From Acidobacteriota bacterium (GTDB lineage Bacteria; Acidobacteriota; UBA6911; RPQK01; JAJDTT01), in contig OZ253580.1 of assembly GCA_965263035.1 (NCBI GenBank), forward strand, positions 1,088,001 through 1,152,000: a stretch of DNA of 64,000 bases, read 5' to 3'. Below are positions 10,454 through 19,914 of the stretch, one piece after another. The position numbers and the translations under genes are program-made. How positions within the stretch are numbered: position 1 is the stretch's first letter; each line of letters begins with the position of its first letter. The notes beneath the pieces are model-generated. The model did not search any database, was not told the origin of the DNA, and was given only the letters and a program-made list of their open reading frames with translations.

Positions 10454-10767
10454 TGAACAAAAAGAATCTCAAAGAGTACCCTCGTCAGACCAGGCAGCCC
10501 GGTTCGATGCGGATTCACGGCTGGAAGTTGGGAGAGGCCAAAGCCAAGTTCAGCCGTGTCGTCCGCCTCGCCGCCTCCGGCCAGCCGCAACGTGTGACGG
10601 TTCGCGGCAAGGATGCGGTCGTTATCGTCGCGGCGGCTGAGTTCGAACGCCTCCGTGCCCGAGCTGCGTCGGACAGCCTGCACGAACTATTGTCTCAATC
10701 TCCATTGAACCGCCTGGAACTCGACGATGAGGGAGTGCGGAGTCCGGTCCGTGAGGTCGAGTTGTGA
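10453..10767 (+). CDS. Phd/YefM-family antitoxin
   Basis: W.L.EAKAKFS.VV..A....PQ.VT.RG..AVVIV....F signature; overlaps the downstream toxin gene (GTGA). Confidence 0.9.
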   Translation: MNKKNLKEYPRQTRQPGSMRIHGWKLGEAKAKFSRVVRLAASGQPQRVTVRGKDAVVIVAAAEFERLRARAASDSLHELLSQSPLNRLELDDEGVRSPVREVEL

Positions 10768-11189
10768 ATGGATGGCTGCTCGACACCAACGTTGTGTCCG
10801 AGTTGCGCAAGACCCGGCCCAACCGCCGGGTGAAGGAATGGTCCGATGCGCAGGCGGCAGACGCCTTCTTTCTCAGCATCATCACGATTGCCGAGATCCG
10901 ATTCGGGATCGAGCGACAGACAGACCCCAGGTTTCGACAGGAGCTCGAGGACTGGCTCGCCCACCGGCTGAGACCCTGGTTCGCGGGACGAATCCTGCCC
11001 GTGGACGAGGAGGTGATCCTGGAATGGCGCCGCATGGTCGCGCGCGGCAAAGAGAGGGCGTTGACTTTCAGCCAGCCCGATCTCTTCATCGCCGCCACCG
11101 CCCAAGTGCATTCCCTGACGCTCTGTACGGGTAACGAGAAGGATTTCCCCAGGACGAACATCACGGTCTTTAACCCCTGGTCAGCGTGA
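10764..11189 (+). CDS. vapC: VapC/PIN-domain toxin
   Basis: LLDTNVVSE, S.IT.AEI..G, D..IAATA, N.KDF, NPW motifs. Confidence 0.9.
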   Translation: MNGWLLDTNVVSELRKTRPNRRVKEWSDAQAADAFFLSIITIAEIRFGIERQTDPRFRQELEDWLAHRLRPWFAGRILPVDEEVILEWRRMVARGKERALTFSQPDLFIAATAQVHSLTLCTGNEKDFPRTNITVFNPWSA

Positions 11190-11318
11190 TTCCCGGAAAC
11201 ATGGCGGCCGGAAACCAACTCGCGGCTCGTAGCTTTCCAGAAAGATTGTCGGATTCCGGACGTGCGGACCGTGGCGCTCGGTTCGTGAACGTCCCTGGGA
11301 CGCGGGGAGAATTGCCGG

Positions 11319-12386
11319 TTAGAAACGCTCCGGGCAGGGGACACCCAACTCGGCCGAGAGGCGCTCCAGTGTCTTCCAGGTTGCCGCTTCCAGACAGACT
11401 CCTTCGCGGAGACTCTTCTGGACCATCCTCCAGTCCGGATCACCAGGCACGAGAATCTCATCGAATCCCGGAGCCAGCTCCGACGACTTCAACTGTTCCA
11501 CGTAGTCCTGGACCCTGGCCAGGAAACGTTCCGGCTCCATGAAATGCTCCACCGACAGTGCCAGGAAGAAGTGGCCCGTGTCCTGGGGCTCCTCCTCCTC
11601 AGGCCACGGGTTGATCTGCCGACCGAAGAGAGCCCCGGTCAACACTCCGCTCAGGACGTCCACCATCACGGCCAGGCCGTACCCCTTGTGATTTCCCATC
11701 GGGGCCGGCATCCCCCGGACCACCTCCTCGGGATCGGTGGTGGGCACTCCCTTCCGGTCCAGCACCCAGTCGTCCGGGATCGGCTCTCCCCGGAGCAGCG
11801 TCACCATGATCTTGCCCCAGGCGGCGCGGCTGAGGGCGATGTCGATCATGACGGGAAACTCCCCGCCGGTGGGTACCGCGATCGCGAGGGGATTGGTCCC
11901 GTAGGTGGGCGTGGAGCCGCCCCACGGCGCCATGCAGGCGCCGGTATTGCTGACGGCGAGTCCGATGAGTCCCTGGTCCGCGGCCATGCGCGCGTAGTAA
12001 CCGGCGGTTCCGAAGTGATTGGAACGGAACACGCCCACCACCCCGGCTCCCAACTCCCGGGCCCGGGAGCAGGCCAGGGTCATGGCCCGGTGGCCCGCCA
12101 CCTGTCCGGGTCCACGGTCAGCATCCAGTAGGAGAACGGCGCCCTGGTCGGAGACGACTCGGACCTGGGGGTGCGGGTTGACTCCACCCTTCTGGACCCG
12201 GCCCACCAGGAAGTCGAGGAAGCCCAGCCCGTGGGAGTAGACGCCCCTCAGATCGGCGTCCAAGAGGTTGTCGACCACGCGCCCGGCCTCGGAAGAACCG
12301 AGACCGGCCCGTTCCAACAGGGATTCGGCAAACCTTCGCAGGTCCTCGGCCCGGGCCCGCCTGCCCTTCTCCTTGAGATCCGTCAT
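11319..12386 (-). CDS. Ldh_2 family oxidoreductase (malate/L-lactate/ureidoglycolate dehydrogenase-like)
   Basis: ADLRGVYSHG, SNHFG, GTNPLA, GNHKGYGL, ILVPGD motifs. Confidence 0.9.
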   Translation of the reverse strand: MTDLKEKGRRARAEDLRRFAESLLERAGLGSSEAGRVVDNLLDADLRGVYSHGLGFLDFLVGRVQKGGVNPHPQVRVVSDQGAVLLLDADRGPGQVAGHRAMTLACSRARELGAGVVGVFRSNHFGTAGYYARMAADQGLIGLAVSNTGACMAPWGGSTPTYGTNPLAIAVPTGGEFPVMIDIALSRAAWGKIMVTLLRGEPIPDDWVLDRKGVPTTDPEEVVRGMPAPMGNHKGYGLAVMVDVLSGVLTGALFGRQINPWPEEEEPQDTGHFFLALSVEHFMEPERFLARVQDYVEQLKSSELAPGFDEILVPGDPDWRMVQKSLREGVCLEAATWKTLERLSAELGVPCPERF

Positions 12387-12522
12387 CGACCCTGCACGCC
12401 TTCCTATTGACCCCCCGCCGGGAAATTTCAGTGCCCAACCATTCGAAGCAGCCTCCGACCACGGTCCCCTCTCTCGGATATTTGAACTTGCACGCCTCTG
12501 GGCCCGTGAAAACCAGCCCGCT

Positions 12523-13560
12523 TCATTTCTGCGTTCCGGCTTCGTTGGCGGCTCCTTCGTCCTCCTGGACTCCCAAAGCCGTGGCCGCGTTCCGCCAGAA
12601 GATGCCCTCGATGTCCGACTTGGACAGCTGCGCAATTTCGGCGGCATCCCGCAGGGACAGTAGCTGTTCATAGACCGACAGCACGGGCCGTCCGTCGCAG
12701 TGGGGGAACTTGAGGCCGCCGTCATCGGCATCGTAGTGCTGCCAGGCCCGGCCCAGCGCCGCGTACTGACCGTGAAAGAAGGCGGCTCCGACGCCGTCCG
12801 AGCCCCAGAAGATCCGCTTCGGGTCCTCTTTGGTGAGAAGGGTGATGTAGGGACGCACGTCGGTCACCGCGGAGGTGTCGTAGTGAATGTTGGGCAGATC
12901 CCGCAACCTCTCCACCGCTTGGCGAATGGGCCAGTAGGTGAAGCTCCGGGCGCAATGGGCCAGCAGCCACTTGATCTTGGGGTACCGCTTGGTGGTGTAC
13001 TCGGTCAGGTCATCCAGATTCCACTCGTCGGCACAGCCGTGAAAGCGCGACAAGTGCATGGTGACCCAGAGGCCGTGATGGTCCGCCAGCTCCATCTGTT
13101 CGTGGGGCAGGAACTCGTGGATCCGGCATTGGGCGATGTCCCCGGTCACCGAATACGTCCGGTACGGTTTCAGGCCGGTGAACTGAGGGTGCCGAAGGTC
13201 CCGTTCAATGTCCTCAGTGCGGCAGGAGGGCGTGACCAGCCGGTTATAGCGGATGCCCGGCACACCGTTGATCTCCCTGCGGACCGACTCCACGTGCCGG
13301 GCCACGTCGATGCCTACCACCGGCATGCCCAGGATCAAATACTGCATCCGGCGGCCCGGATAGAGGACCCGGGCCCAGTCGTTCAGCGTGGACAAACCGG
13401 CATCGTCTCGCGCCCCTTGCGGCGGCGGAATGGGAAAATCGGAGGCCCAGAAGAAGTGAATGTGCGCGTCCAGGATCCGGTCGGGAACGAATTCGCTCAG
13501 TTCCTCTTCCCAGATCTGGCGGTCACAGTCTCGGTAGTCGATGGTCGAGTGATCCTTCAT
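12523..13560 (-). CDS. Amidohydrolase family protein
   Basis: DAHIH, GLKPY, LAHCA, YDTS, FWGSD, IFWRNA motifs. Confidence 0.85.
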   Translation of the reverse strand: MKDHSTIDYRDCDRQIWEEELSEFVPDRILDAHIHFFWASDFPIPPPQGARDDAGLSTLNDWARVLYPGRRMQYLILGMPVVGIDVARHVESVRREINGVPGIRYNRLVTPSCRTEDIERDLRHPQFTGLKPYRTYSVTGDIAQCRIHEFLPHEQMELADHHGLWVTMHLSRFHGCADEWNLDDLTEYTTKRYPKIKWLLAHCARSFTYWPIRQAVERLRDLPNIHYDTSAVTDVRPYITLLTKEDPKRIFWGSDGVGAAFFHGQYAALGRAWQHYDADDGGLKFPHCDGRPVLSVYEQLLSLRDAAEIAQLSKSDIEGIFWRNAATALGVQEDEGAANEAGTQK

Positions 13561-13756
13561 TTGCTGCTCCTGAGTTCCGATGAAGCCGGCATGGAGGAGA
13601 AGCTGAGGAACGACTCCTCTTTGGCCGCGACATACGTTACCTTGGTCCGTGACACGAATCCACCAGGGTTCGGAATTCCCCGGGGACTCCTCTGGGGATA
13701 GGATTGAACCGGGTGACCGGCCGCGCGTTCGACCGGTTTTTTCCAGCGGAAACGAG

Positions 13757-14716
13757 ATGGATCCTTTCGTCCAAACTCAAATCGGGGACCTGATCGGCAA
13801 GACTCCCATGATGCGGTTGGGCCGGCTGGGCCGAAAAGGGCAGGCGGCGATCCTGGCCAAGCTCGAGTACCTGAACCCGGGCGGCAGTGTGAAGGACCGG
13901 ATCGCCCGGAGCATGATCGACGCCGCCGAGGCTGAAGGACGGCTGCAGCCTGGAATGGGGATCGTGGAAGCGACCAGCGGGAACACCGGCATCGGACTGG
14001 CCATGATCTGTGCCGAGCGGGGGTATCGTTTGATCCTCACCATGCCGGAGACCATGAGCTTCGAAAGGCGCTCCCTGGTCATCCGTTATGGAGCCGAGGT
14101 GGTGCTGACGCCGGGAAAGGAAGACATCCCGGGAGCAGTTCGGCGCGCGCGCCGGCTGGCGGGGCGAAATCCGGGTTGGATCGAGCTTCGCCAGTTCGAA
14201 AACCCCGCCAATCCCCAGGTGCATCGGGAGACCACGGGACCCGAGATCCTGGAGGCGACCGGGGGAAACATCGACGCCCTGGTGGTGGGCGTGGGAACCG
14301 GGGGGACGATTACCGGAGTCGGCGAGTTCCTGAAGGAACATGTCCCCGGCGTCCGGATCATCGCCGTCGAGCCGGCCAGCTCCGCCGTGCTCAGCGGTCG
14401 GCCGCCGGGACTGCACGCCATCGAGGGAATCGGCGCGGGGTTCATTCCTCCGGTCCTGAACCAGGAGGTGATCGACGAGGTGATTCCGGTCGACGACAAG
14501 GACGCCTTTCGCATGGCGCGGCGCCTGGCCAGAGAGGAATCGCTCCTGGTCGGCGTCTCCTCCGGCGCCGCCGTGCTGGCGGCCCGGCAAGTCGCCGAGC
14601 GTTTGTCCCCGGACCAGAACGTGGTCACCGTCCTTCCGGACACGGGGTCCCGTTACTTCAGCGTGGAAGAGTATTTCAAGGAGGAGCGGGACTACGATGA
14701 AAGCCTGCTGCTTTGA
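13757..14716 (+). CDS. cysK: Cysteine synthase A
   Basis: NPGGSVKDR (PLP lysine), EATSGNTG, GVGTGGT, IEGIG motifs. Confidence 0.93.
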   Translation: MDPFVQTQIGDLIGKTPMMRLGRLGRKGQAAILAKLEYLNPGGSVKDRIARSMIDAAEAEGRLQPGMGIVEATSGNTGIGLAMICAERGYRLILTMPETMSFERRSLVIRYGAEVVLTPGKEDIPGAVRRARRLAGRNPGWIELRQFENPANPQVHRETTGPEILEATGGNIDALVVGVGTGGTITGVGEFLKEHVPGVRIIAVEPASSAVLSGRPPGLHAIEGIGAGFIPPVLNQEVIDEVIPVDDKDAFRMARRLAREESLLVGVSSGAAVLAARQVAERLSPDQNVVTVLPDTGSRYFSVEEYFKEERDYDESLLL

Positions 14717-15867
14717 GCTGGAAATCTGACCTGAGCCGGTCCGAGCGGAGATTCGAGCGACAGTTCCGCAAGAGACTGGCAGTCCCCCAAAAGGCCTTCC
14801 GGTGGCCGGGCCTGCTGGTCTGCGTCCTGTTGACGGTGCTCGCGGCCTGGTTGAACCACCTGCCCTACCCCCCGTTCACCACGAGCGACGGACTTCATCC
14901 CGTCAGCGAAGTCCTGCTGGCGCTGCTGTTGGGCATGGCCATGCGGACTCTGATTCGGGCTTCCGCGGGTCTGAAACCTGGTGTGGACCTGGTGGTCAAG
15001 AAGCTGCTTCCCGTGGGGATCATCCTGCTGGGCGCCCGGTTGGATTTCCACACCATGCTTCAAGTGAGCCTGGACGTGCTGCTGGCCGTCCTGGTCATCA
15101 TCGCCGGCGTGGTGGCGAGCACGTGGCTTCTGGGGCGTCTGCTGGGAATGGGGGAAAGGCTCTCCCTGTTGATCGGGGTGGGAACGGCCATCTGCGGCAG
15201 TTCCGCCATCGTGGCCACGGCGCCCGTCGTGGACGGCGAGGAACGAGACGTGGCACTGTCCATTGCCACCGTCAACCTGATGGGAGTGCTGGCCATGCTC
15301 CTGTTTCCCCTCCTGGGCGCACTCCTGGAGCTGACCGCTTCCGGCTACGGCGTCTGGTGTGGCCTCTCCATCCACGCCACTCCACAGGTGCTGGCCGCCG
15401 GATTTGCCCACCATCTGAACGGGCAACTGGCCGGCGAACTCTCCACGATCGTCAAGCTCACGCGGATTTCCGTACTGGGTCCCGCCGTCTTCGTCATCGG
15501 TTACCTCTACGCCCGCAGGCGGCGCAGGATGGCCGCCTTTCCCCGGCGCACCATCCACTACGGCAAACTCCTGCCGAGCTTCATCCTCCTCTTCCTGGGC
15601 ATGGCGCTGCTTCGGACCCTGGGCTTCTTCCCGGAAGTCACTTTCCACCTGACGGATCGATTCATCCTGGGTCCGGGAGACTACCGGGTGGACATGGCGC
15701 TGCTGCTGGGCAGTTCGGCCCGCTGGATCATCACGGGGGCCATGGCCGGAGTCGGACTGATGACAGACCTGCGGACCTTCAGAACGGGTGGGACCAAAGC
15801 CTTTTCACTGGGTCTGGCCGCCACCGCCGTCATTGCTCTCCTGGGACTGGTGAAGATCAGTCTTTAA
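14713..15867 (+). CDS. YeiH/UPF0324 putative sulfate-exporter family membrane protein
   Basis: GTAICGSSAI, VKLTR, AMAGVGL motifs; many TM segments; overlaps the cysK stop. Confidence 0.85.
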   Translation: MSWKSDLSRSERRFERQFRKRLAVPQKAFRWPGLLVCVLLTVLAAWLNHLPYPPFTTSDGLHPVSEVLLALLLGMAMRTLIRASAGLKPGVDLVVKKLLPVGIILLGARLDFHTMLQVSLDVLLAVLVIIAGVVASTWLLGRLLGMGERLSLLIGVGTAICGSSAIVATAPVVDGEERDVALSIATVNLMGVLAMLLFPLLGALLELTASGYGVWCGLSIHATPQVLAAGFAHHLNGQLAGELSTIVKLTRISVLGPAVFVIGYLYARRRRRMAAFPRRTIHYGKLLPSFILLFLGMALLRTLGFFPEVTFHLTDRFILGPGDYRVDMALLLGSSARWIITGAMAGVGLMTDLRTFRTGGTKAFSLGLAATAVIALLGLVKISL

Positions 15868-15942
15868 TCCATGCGGCGGCTTGATCGGGCAATACCCCCC
15901 GGCGATAATGGCGAATCATCGTCACTTTAAGGAGGAGCCACA

Positions 15943-17232
15943 ATGTCTGAATCCATCGACCGGAGACGTTTTCTGGGCAGTGCCGCCATCGGAGTAGCCG
16001 CTTCAGGACTGTCAGTCTCGGCCAAGAGCGCCACCAAATACGATTCGCCCAACACCCGCGTCGTCGTCGGGATCATGGGGATGAGCCGGGGCAGGCGTTT
16101 GGCCGAAAGTTTCGGGCAACTACCCAACGTCCACATCAAATACGTCTGCGACGTCGACTCTCGCCGTCTGGACAAGGTGGCCCACACGGTCGAGCAACAG
16201 GTGGGAAAGGCGCCTCTGAAAGTCGGAGATTTCAGGCGGATCCTGGATGATCCCGAGGTGGACGCCCTGCTCAACGCCGGGCCCAACCACTGGCACGCCC
16301 CAGCTACCATACTGGCCTGTTCGGCCGGGAAGCACGCTTACGTGGAGAAGCCGTGCAGCCACACCCCCCGCGAGGGAGAACTCGTGGTCGCCGCCGCCCG
16401 CAAGTACAACCGGGCGGTCCAGATGGGGACCCAGCGACGAAGCTCTCCGGGGACCCGAGAAGCCGTTCAACAGCTGCGGGAAGGGGCAATCGGCAGGGTA
16501 TACATGGTTCGCACCTGGTACAACAGCGGCCGGGGCACCCTGGGCCGGGGCAAGCCGACACCCGTCCCTGCTCACCTGGACTACGACCTCTGGCAGGGAC
16601 CGGCCACCCGTGTTCCCTACAAGGACAACCTGATCCACTACAACTGGCACTGGCACTGGCACTGGGGCAACGGGGAACTGGGCAACAACGGTATCCACAC
16701 CCTGGACCTGTGCCGTTGGGGAATGGGCGTCGATTACCCGATCCGGGTGACCTCCAGCGGTGGCCGCTATCTCTTCGATGACGATCAGGAGACTCCCGAC
16801 ACCCACACCGTCTGCTACGAATTCGAAGGCAAGCGATCCATCTCCTGGGCCGGGTTGAGCAACAACCGCCACAGCCCCGGCTTCATCACCTTCTATGGGG
16901 ACCGGGGAGCCTTGGACCTGGGCACGATGGGGTCCTACGCCATCTACGACAAGGACGATAAACTGGTCGCGAAGAAGGGGGAAGACAGCTACGGTGACAT
17001 TCCCCACGCCCAGAATTTCGTGGCTGCAATCCGCAACGACGACCCCACGATCTGCAACGCCGAGATCCTCGAGGCCCACAAGAGCACGCTCATGTGCCAC
17101 TTGGGGAACATCGCTCACCGCACCGGCCGAAATCTCAGGTGCGACCCCGGCAACGGCCATATCCTGGGAGACGATGAGGCCATGGGTTACTGGTCCAAGG
17201 AATACGCCAAGGGCTGGGAACCGAAGGTCTAG
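15943..17232 (+). CDS. Gfo/Idh/MocA oxidoreductase with Tat signal peptide
   Basis: DRRRFL twin-arginine motif; YVEKP, GTQRRS, WQGPA; AAGGAG RBS. Confidence 0.9.
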   Translation: MSESIDRRRFLGSAAIGVAASGLSVSAKSATKYDSPNTRVVVGIMGMSRGRRLAESFGQLPNVHIKYVCDVDSRRLDKVAHTVEQQVGKAPLKVGDFRRILDDPEVDALLNAGPNHWHAPATILACSAGKHAYVEKPCSHTPREGELVVAAARKYNRAVQMGTQRRSSPGTREAVQQLREGAIGRVYMVRTWYNSGRGTLGRGKPTPVPAHLDYDLWQGPATRVPYKDNLIHYNWHWHWHWGNGELGNNGIHTLDLCRWGMGVDYPIRVTSSGGRYLFDDDQETPDTHTVCYEFEGKRSISWAGLSNNRHSPGFITFYGDRGALDLGTMGSYAIYDKDDKLVAKKGEDSYGDIPHAQNFVAAIRNDDPTICNAEILEAHKSTLMCHLGNIAHRTGRNLRCDPGNGHILGDDEAMGYWSKEYAKGWEPKV

Positions 17233-17392
17233 CAGTCCGTGGTGAAAGTCCCGCGAGCACCGAGACCGTTCCTGCGCCCGCCGGACCAGGCGCAACGGAG
17301 GGAGCATACCTGGAGTATGTGACCGAGTCGCAACGCAGTCCGCGCACGATGCAGGGACGGTCGAATGCCGTGACGACTTTTGCCACGGGCTG
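17233..17392 (+). mobile_element. MITE family A, copy 1 (160 bp)
   Basis: Imperfect TIR CAGTCCGTGGTGAAAGTC / GACTTTTGCCACGGGCTG; CTAG on both flanks; near-identical copies at 49954 and 51213. Confidence 0.9.
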
Positions 17393-17482
17393 CTAGCGCC
17401 CGCATTTCTTGCCGGGGGGGCCGTCAGGCTCCCCCGGTTCAGTCCCGCCTCTGTCCGGAAACGGTGTGCGGACCAGGTGTGT

Positions 17483-18202
17483 TCAGGGCTGATACGGCAG
17501 GCGCCGGATCCAGATGTTGCGGAATCGAACCGGACTCCCATGGGCCTGCAGCTTCAGCGGGCCCTCCGAGACCATGGGGTTTCTCCGGCCCCGGCCCGTC
17601 CCTTCCCTGAGGGTGCGCTCGTACTGGACCAGGACTCCGTTGTGAAGAATCGTAAAGCGGGCCGGTTTCACGACCTTGCCTGATCGCCGGTCCAGGCGGG
17701 CGGCTCGAAACAGGATGTCGTAGCTCTGCCACTCGCCCGGCGCCCGGGTCACGTTGACCATGGGGGCGTAGCGGTTGAAGAGTGAGGCGCACTGCTGTTT
17801 CGCGGTGAATCTATTGGGGTTGTGGGAATCCAGAATCTGGACCTCGTACAGGTCGTGGAAATAGAGACCACTGTTGCCGTGGGACGGGTCATCGCCGGGT
17901 AGATTGAACTCGACGTGGACCTGGGCGTCCCGAAACCAATCCTTGCTGATGATGTCGTGATCCCCTGCAATCAGCACGCCATCCTCCACTCTCCAGTCCG
18001 CCGGACTGCCATCCGGTTGGGTGAAGCGGAAGTTGCCGGAGCCGTCGAACAGAACCAGCGCGTCGGCGGGAGGGCGGCCATCGGTATCGGTCTCCACCAC
18101 CGGCAGGACGGGCACGTACTTCTGGGCCGGGACCTCCGTGAGGGAGAACAATGGCAAGACGGACAGAAACCAGGTGGCCAGCGGCCGGTGATGTGGAATC
18201 AT
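17483..18202 (-). CDS. DUF1080 (3-keto-disaccharide hydrolase) family protein, secreted
   Basis: PPADA.VLFDG, GNSG.Y, YEVQILDS, GEWQSYDI, LQAHG..VRFRNIW motifs. Confidence 0.9.
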   Translation of the reverse strand: MIPHHRPLATWFLSVLPLFSLTEVPAQKYVPVLPVVETDTDGRPPADALVLFDGSGNFRFTQPDGSPADWRVEDGVLIAGDHDIISKDWFRDAQVHVEFNLPGDDPSHGNSGLYFHDLYEVQILDSHNPNRFTAKQQCASLFNRYAPMVNVTRAPGEWQSYDILFRAARLDRRSGKVVKPARFTILHNGVLVQYERTLREGTGRGRRNPMVSEGPLKLQAHGSPVRFRNIWIRRLPYQP

Positions 18203-18439
18203 GGACCCGAGTATTCCAGTCCCGGCCCGTTCGAATCAAGGCCCAAGAGGAGGAGTAAGAATTGGGGAGTGAGAGAAGAGGAGGTGTCGCGTGGCTCCGG
18301 GGTGGATCGGTCCCATTCGAGGCATCTGAATTGCGGGTGAGAAGAAGAGAACAGCGTCGAAGCCCCGGCTCCAGATCATATCGATCCTCTCTCCTCTTTC
18401 GTCCGTAGTAGACTGGGAGCCTTGGAGCCCGGTGACACC

Positions 18440-18865
18440 ATGACGATCCGAGACCGTGTCGCTGAAACCCGATTCCGGGTGCGCTACGCCGAGACCGACC
18501 AGATGGGATTCGCTCACCATTCCAACCATCTGATCTGGTTCGAGGTCGCGCGGCTCGAGTTCTTTCGGGAGTTGGGCTTGAGCTATGACCGTCTGGAACG
18601 GGAATCGCAGACGTTTCTTCCGGTCGTGGAAATCAATTGCCGCTACATGAAGCCACTCTTTTACGACCGCGAGTTCGTGATACGAACCCGTCTCAAGCGC
18701 CTGGGCCGGCGGGGCATGACCTTCGGTTACCGGATCGTGGATCCCACCGGAAGCGTGAACTACGCCCGGGGAGAAAGCCGGCACATCGCCACCAACCGGA
18801 ACGGCCGACCATGCACCTTCCCCGACTACTTTCTGCGAGCCTGCCGTCTCGATGATGGTCCGTAA
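18440..18865 (+). CDS. Acyl-CoA thioesterase (YbgC/4HBT family)
   Basis: RVRYAETDQMG..HH.N...WFE.AR motif. Confidence 0.9.
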   Translation: MTIRDRVAETRFRVRYAETDQMGFAHHSNHLIWFEVARLEFFRELGLSYDRLERESQTFLPVVEINCRYMKPLFYDREFVIRTRLKRLGRRGMTFGYRIVDPTGSVNYARGESRHIATNRNGRPCTFPDYFLRACRLDDGP

Positions 18866-18988
18866 CGGCCGGGGTCGGAATCGGTGGGAACGCCGGTGCG
18901 CTACGCTTTTCGTTTATCGGTCCGTCATTCGTCCTTTCTCAGCAGCATGACCGGCCCCAACGAAATCACACCATGGCACCGGCGGACG

Positions 18989-19687
18989 ATGAATCGGCTG
19001 CCCCGTTGGCTGCATCGGCTGATTCTCCGGTTCGAAGCCTTGATCGAGGACCGTGTGGCCGAGTTCGCGCGCTCCCTGCCGGCCGGGACCCGAGTGCTGG
19101 ACGCGGGAGCCGGCGAGTGCCGGTACGCCCGCGAATTCTCCCATTGCCGTTACGTGGCCGTGGACCTGGCCGTGGGAGACGCCGATTGGGACTACTCGCG
19201 GCTTGACGGAGTGGCGGATCTGGCGCGGCTGCCGTTTCGGGACGCCTCCTTCGGCGCGGCCATCAACATCGTGGTCCTGGAGCACGTCCGGGACCCCCGG
19301 GCGGTGCTGGAAGAGCTGAGCCGGGTGCTGGCTCCGGGTGCCCGCTTGCTCCTGGCGGCGCCCCAGGAATGGGGAGTCCATCAGGCTCCCCACGACTACT
19401 TCCGCTATACCCGGCCCGGCCTCCATTGGCTGATGGAGCGGGCGGGTTTTGCCGACATTGCCATCGAAGCCGGCGGTGGATTCTTCACGCTTCTGGGAAG
19501 GCGGCTGCTGGATTCGACACTCTACTTCCAGGGAGGATGGCGGTGGCTGCTGTTCCCATTGGCTGCCGTCCTGGGTGGAGCCTTGGGAATCCTCCTGCCG
19601 ATTCTCGACTTCCTGGACCCAAACCGAAACACGACACTGGGCTATGTCTGTATGGCCAGAAAGCCGAGCTCGGAGTCTGCGCGGTAG
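18989..19687 (+). CDS. Class I SAM-dependent methyltransferase
   Basis: VLDAGAG, LPF.D.SF, VLEHV.DP, HQ.PHDYFRYT motifs. The last codons are supplied by MITE B. Confidence 0.85.
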   Translation: MNRLPRWLHRLILRFEALIEDRVAEFARSLPAGTRVLDAGAGECRYAREFSHCRYVAVDLAVGDADWDYSRLDGVADLARLPFRDASFGAAINIVVLEHVRDPRAVLEELSRVLAPGARLLLAAPQEWGVHQAPHDYFRYTRPGLHWLMERAGFADIAIEAGGGFFTLLGRRLLDSTLYFQGGWRWLLFPLAAVLGGALGILLPILDFLDPNRNTTLGYVCMARKPSSESAR

Positions 19688-19831
19688 AAATGATCGTAGC
19701 GAGAAAGTGGGGAATCGAGGCCAGATTTTCTCGATTTGGAGGTGCATAGTTGTTCTATTCGCCGAGAAATCGAGGAAATATGGACCGATTCTACCGCTTT
19801 CGCAGTAGATCAATTTCTGCGGCGCAGGCTC
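19673..19831 (+). mobile_element. MITE family B, copy 1 (159 bp)
   Basis: Imperfect TIR GAGTCTGCGCGGTAGAAAT / ATTTCTGCGGCGCAGGCTC; flanks CTCG / CTAG; near-identical inverted copies at 37675 and 50981. Confidence 0.9.
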
Positions 19832-19914
19832 CTAGCCCGAGTTTACCGTATTGGAGATCAGGATAAAGATAAGTTGTTTTTTTGCAAAGAGATAGGGCAG
19901 GTGTCCCGTATGAC

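Noticed and set aside
16642-16665. (CACTGG) tandem repeat
   Set aside because: It encodes NWHWHWHW, a Trp-rich motif typical of this oxidoreductase family; in frame and not phase-variable.
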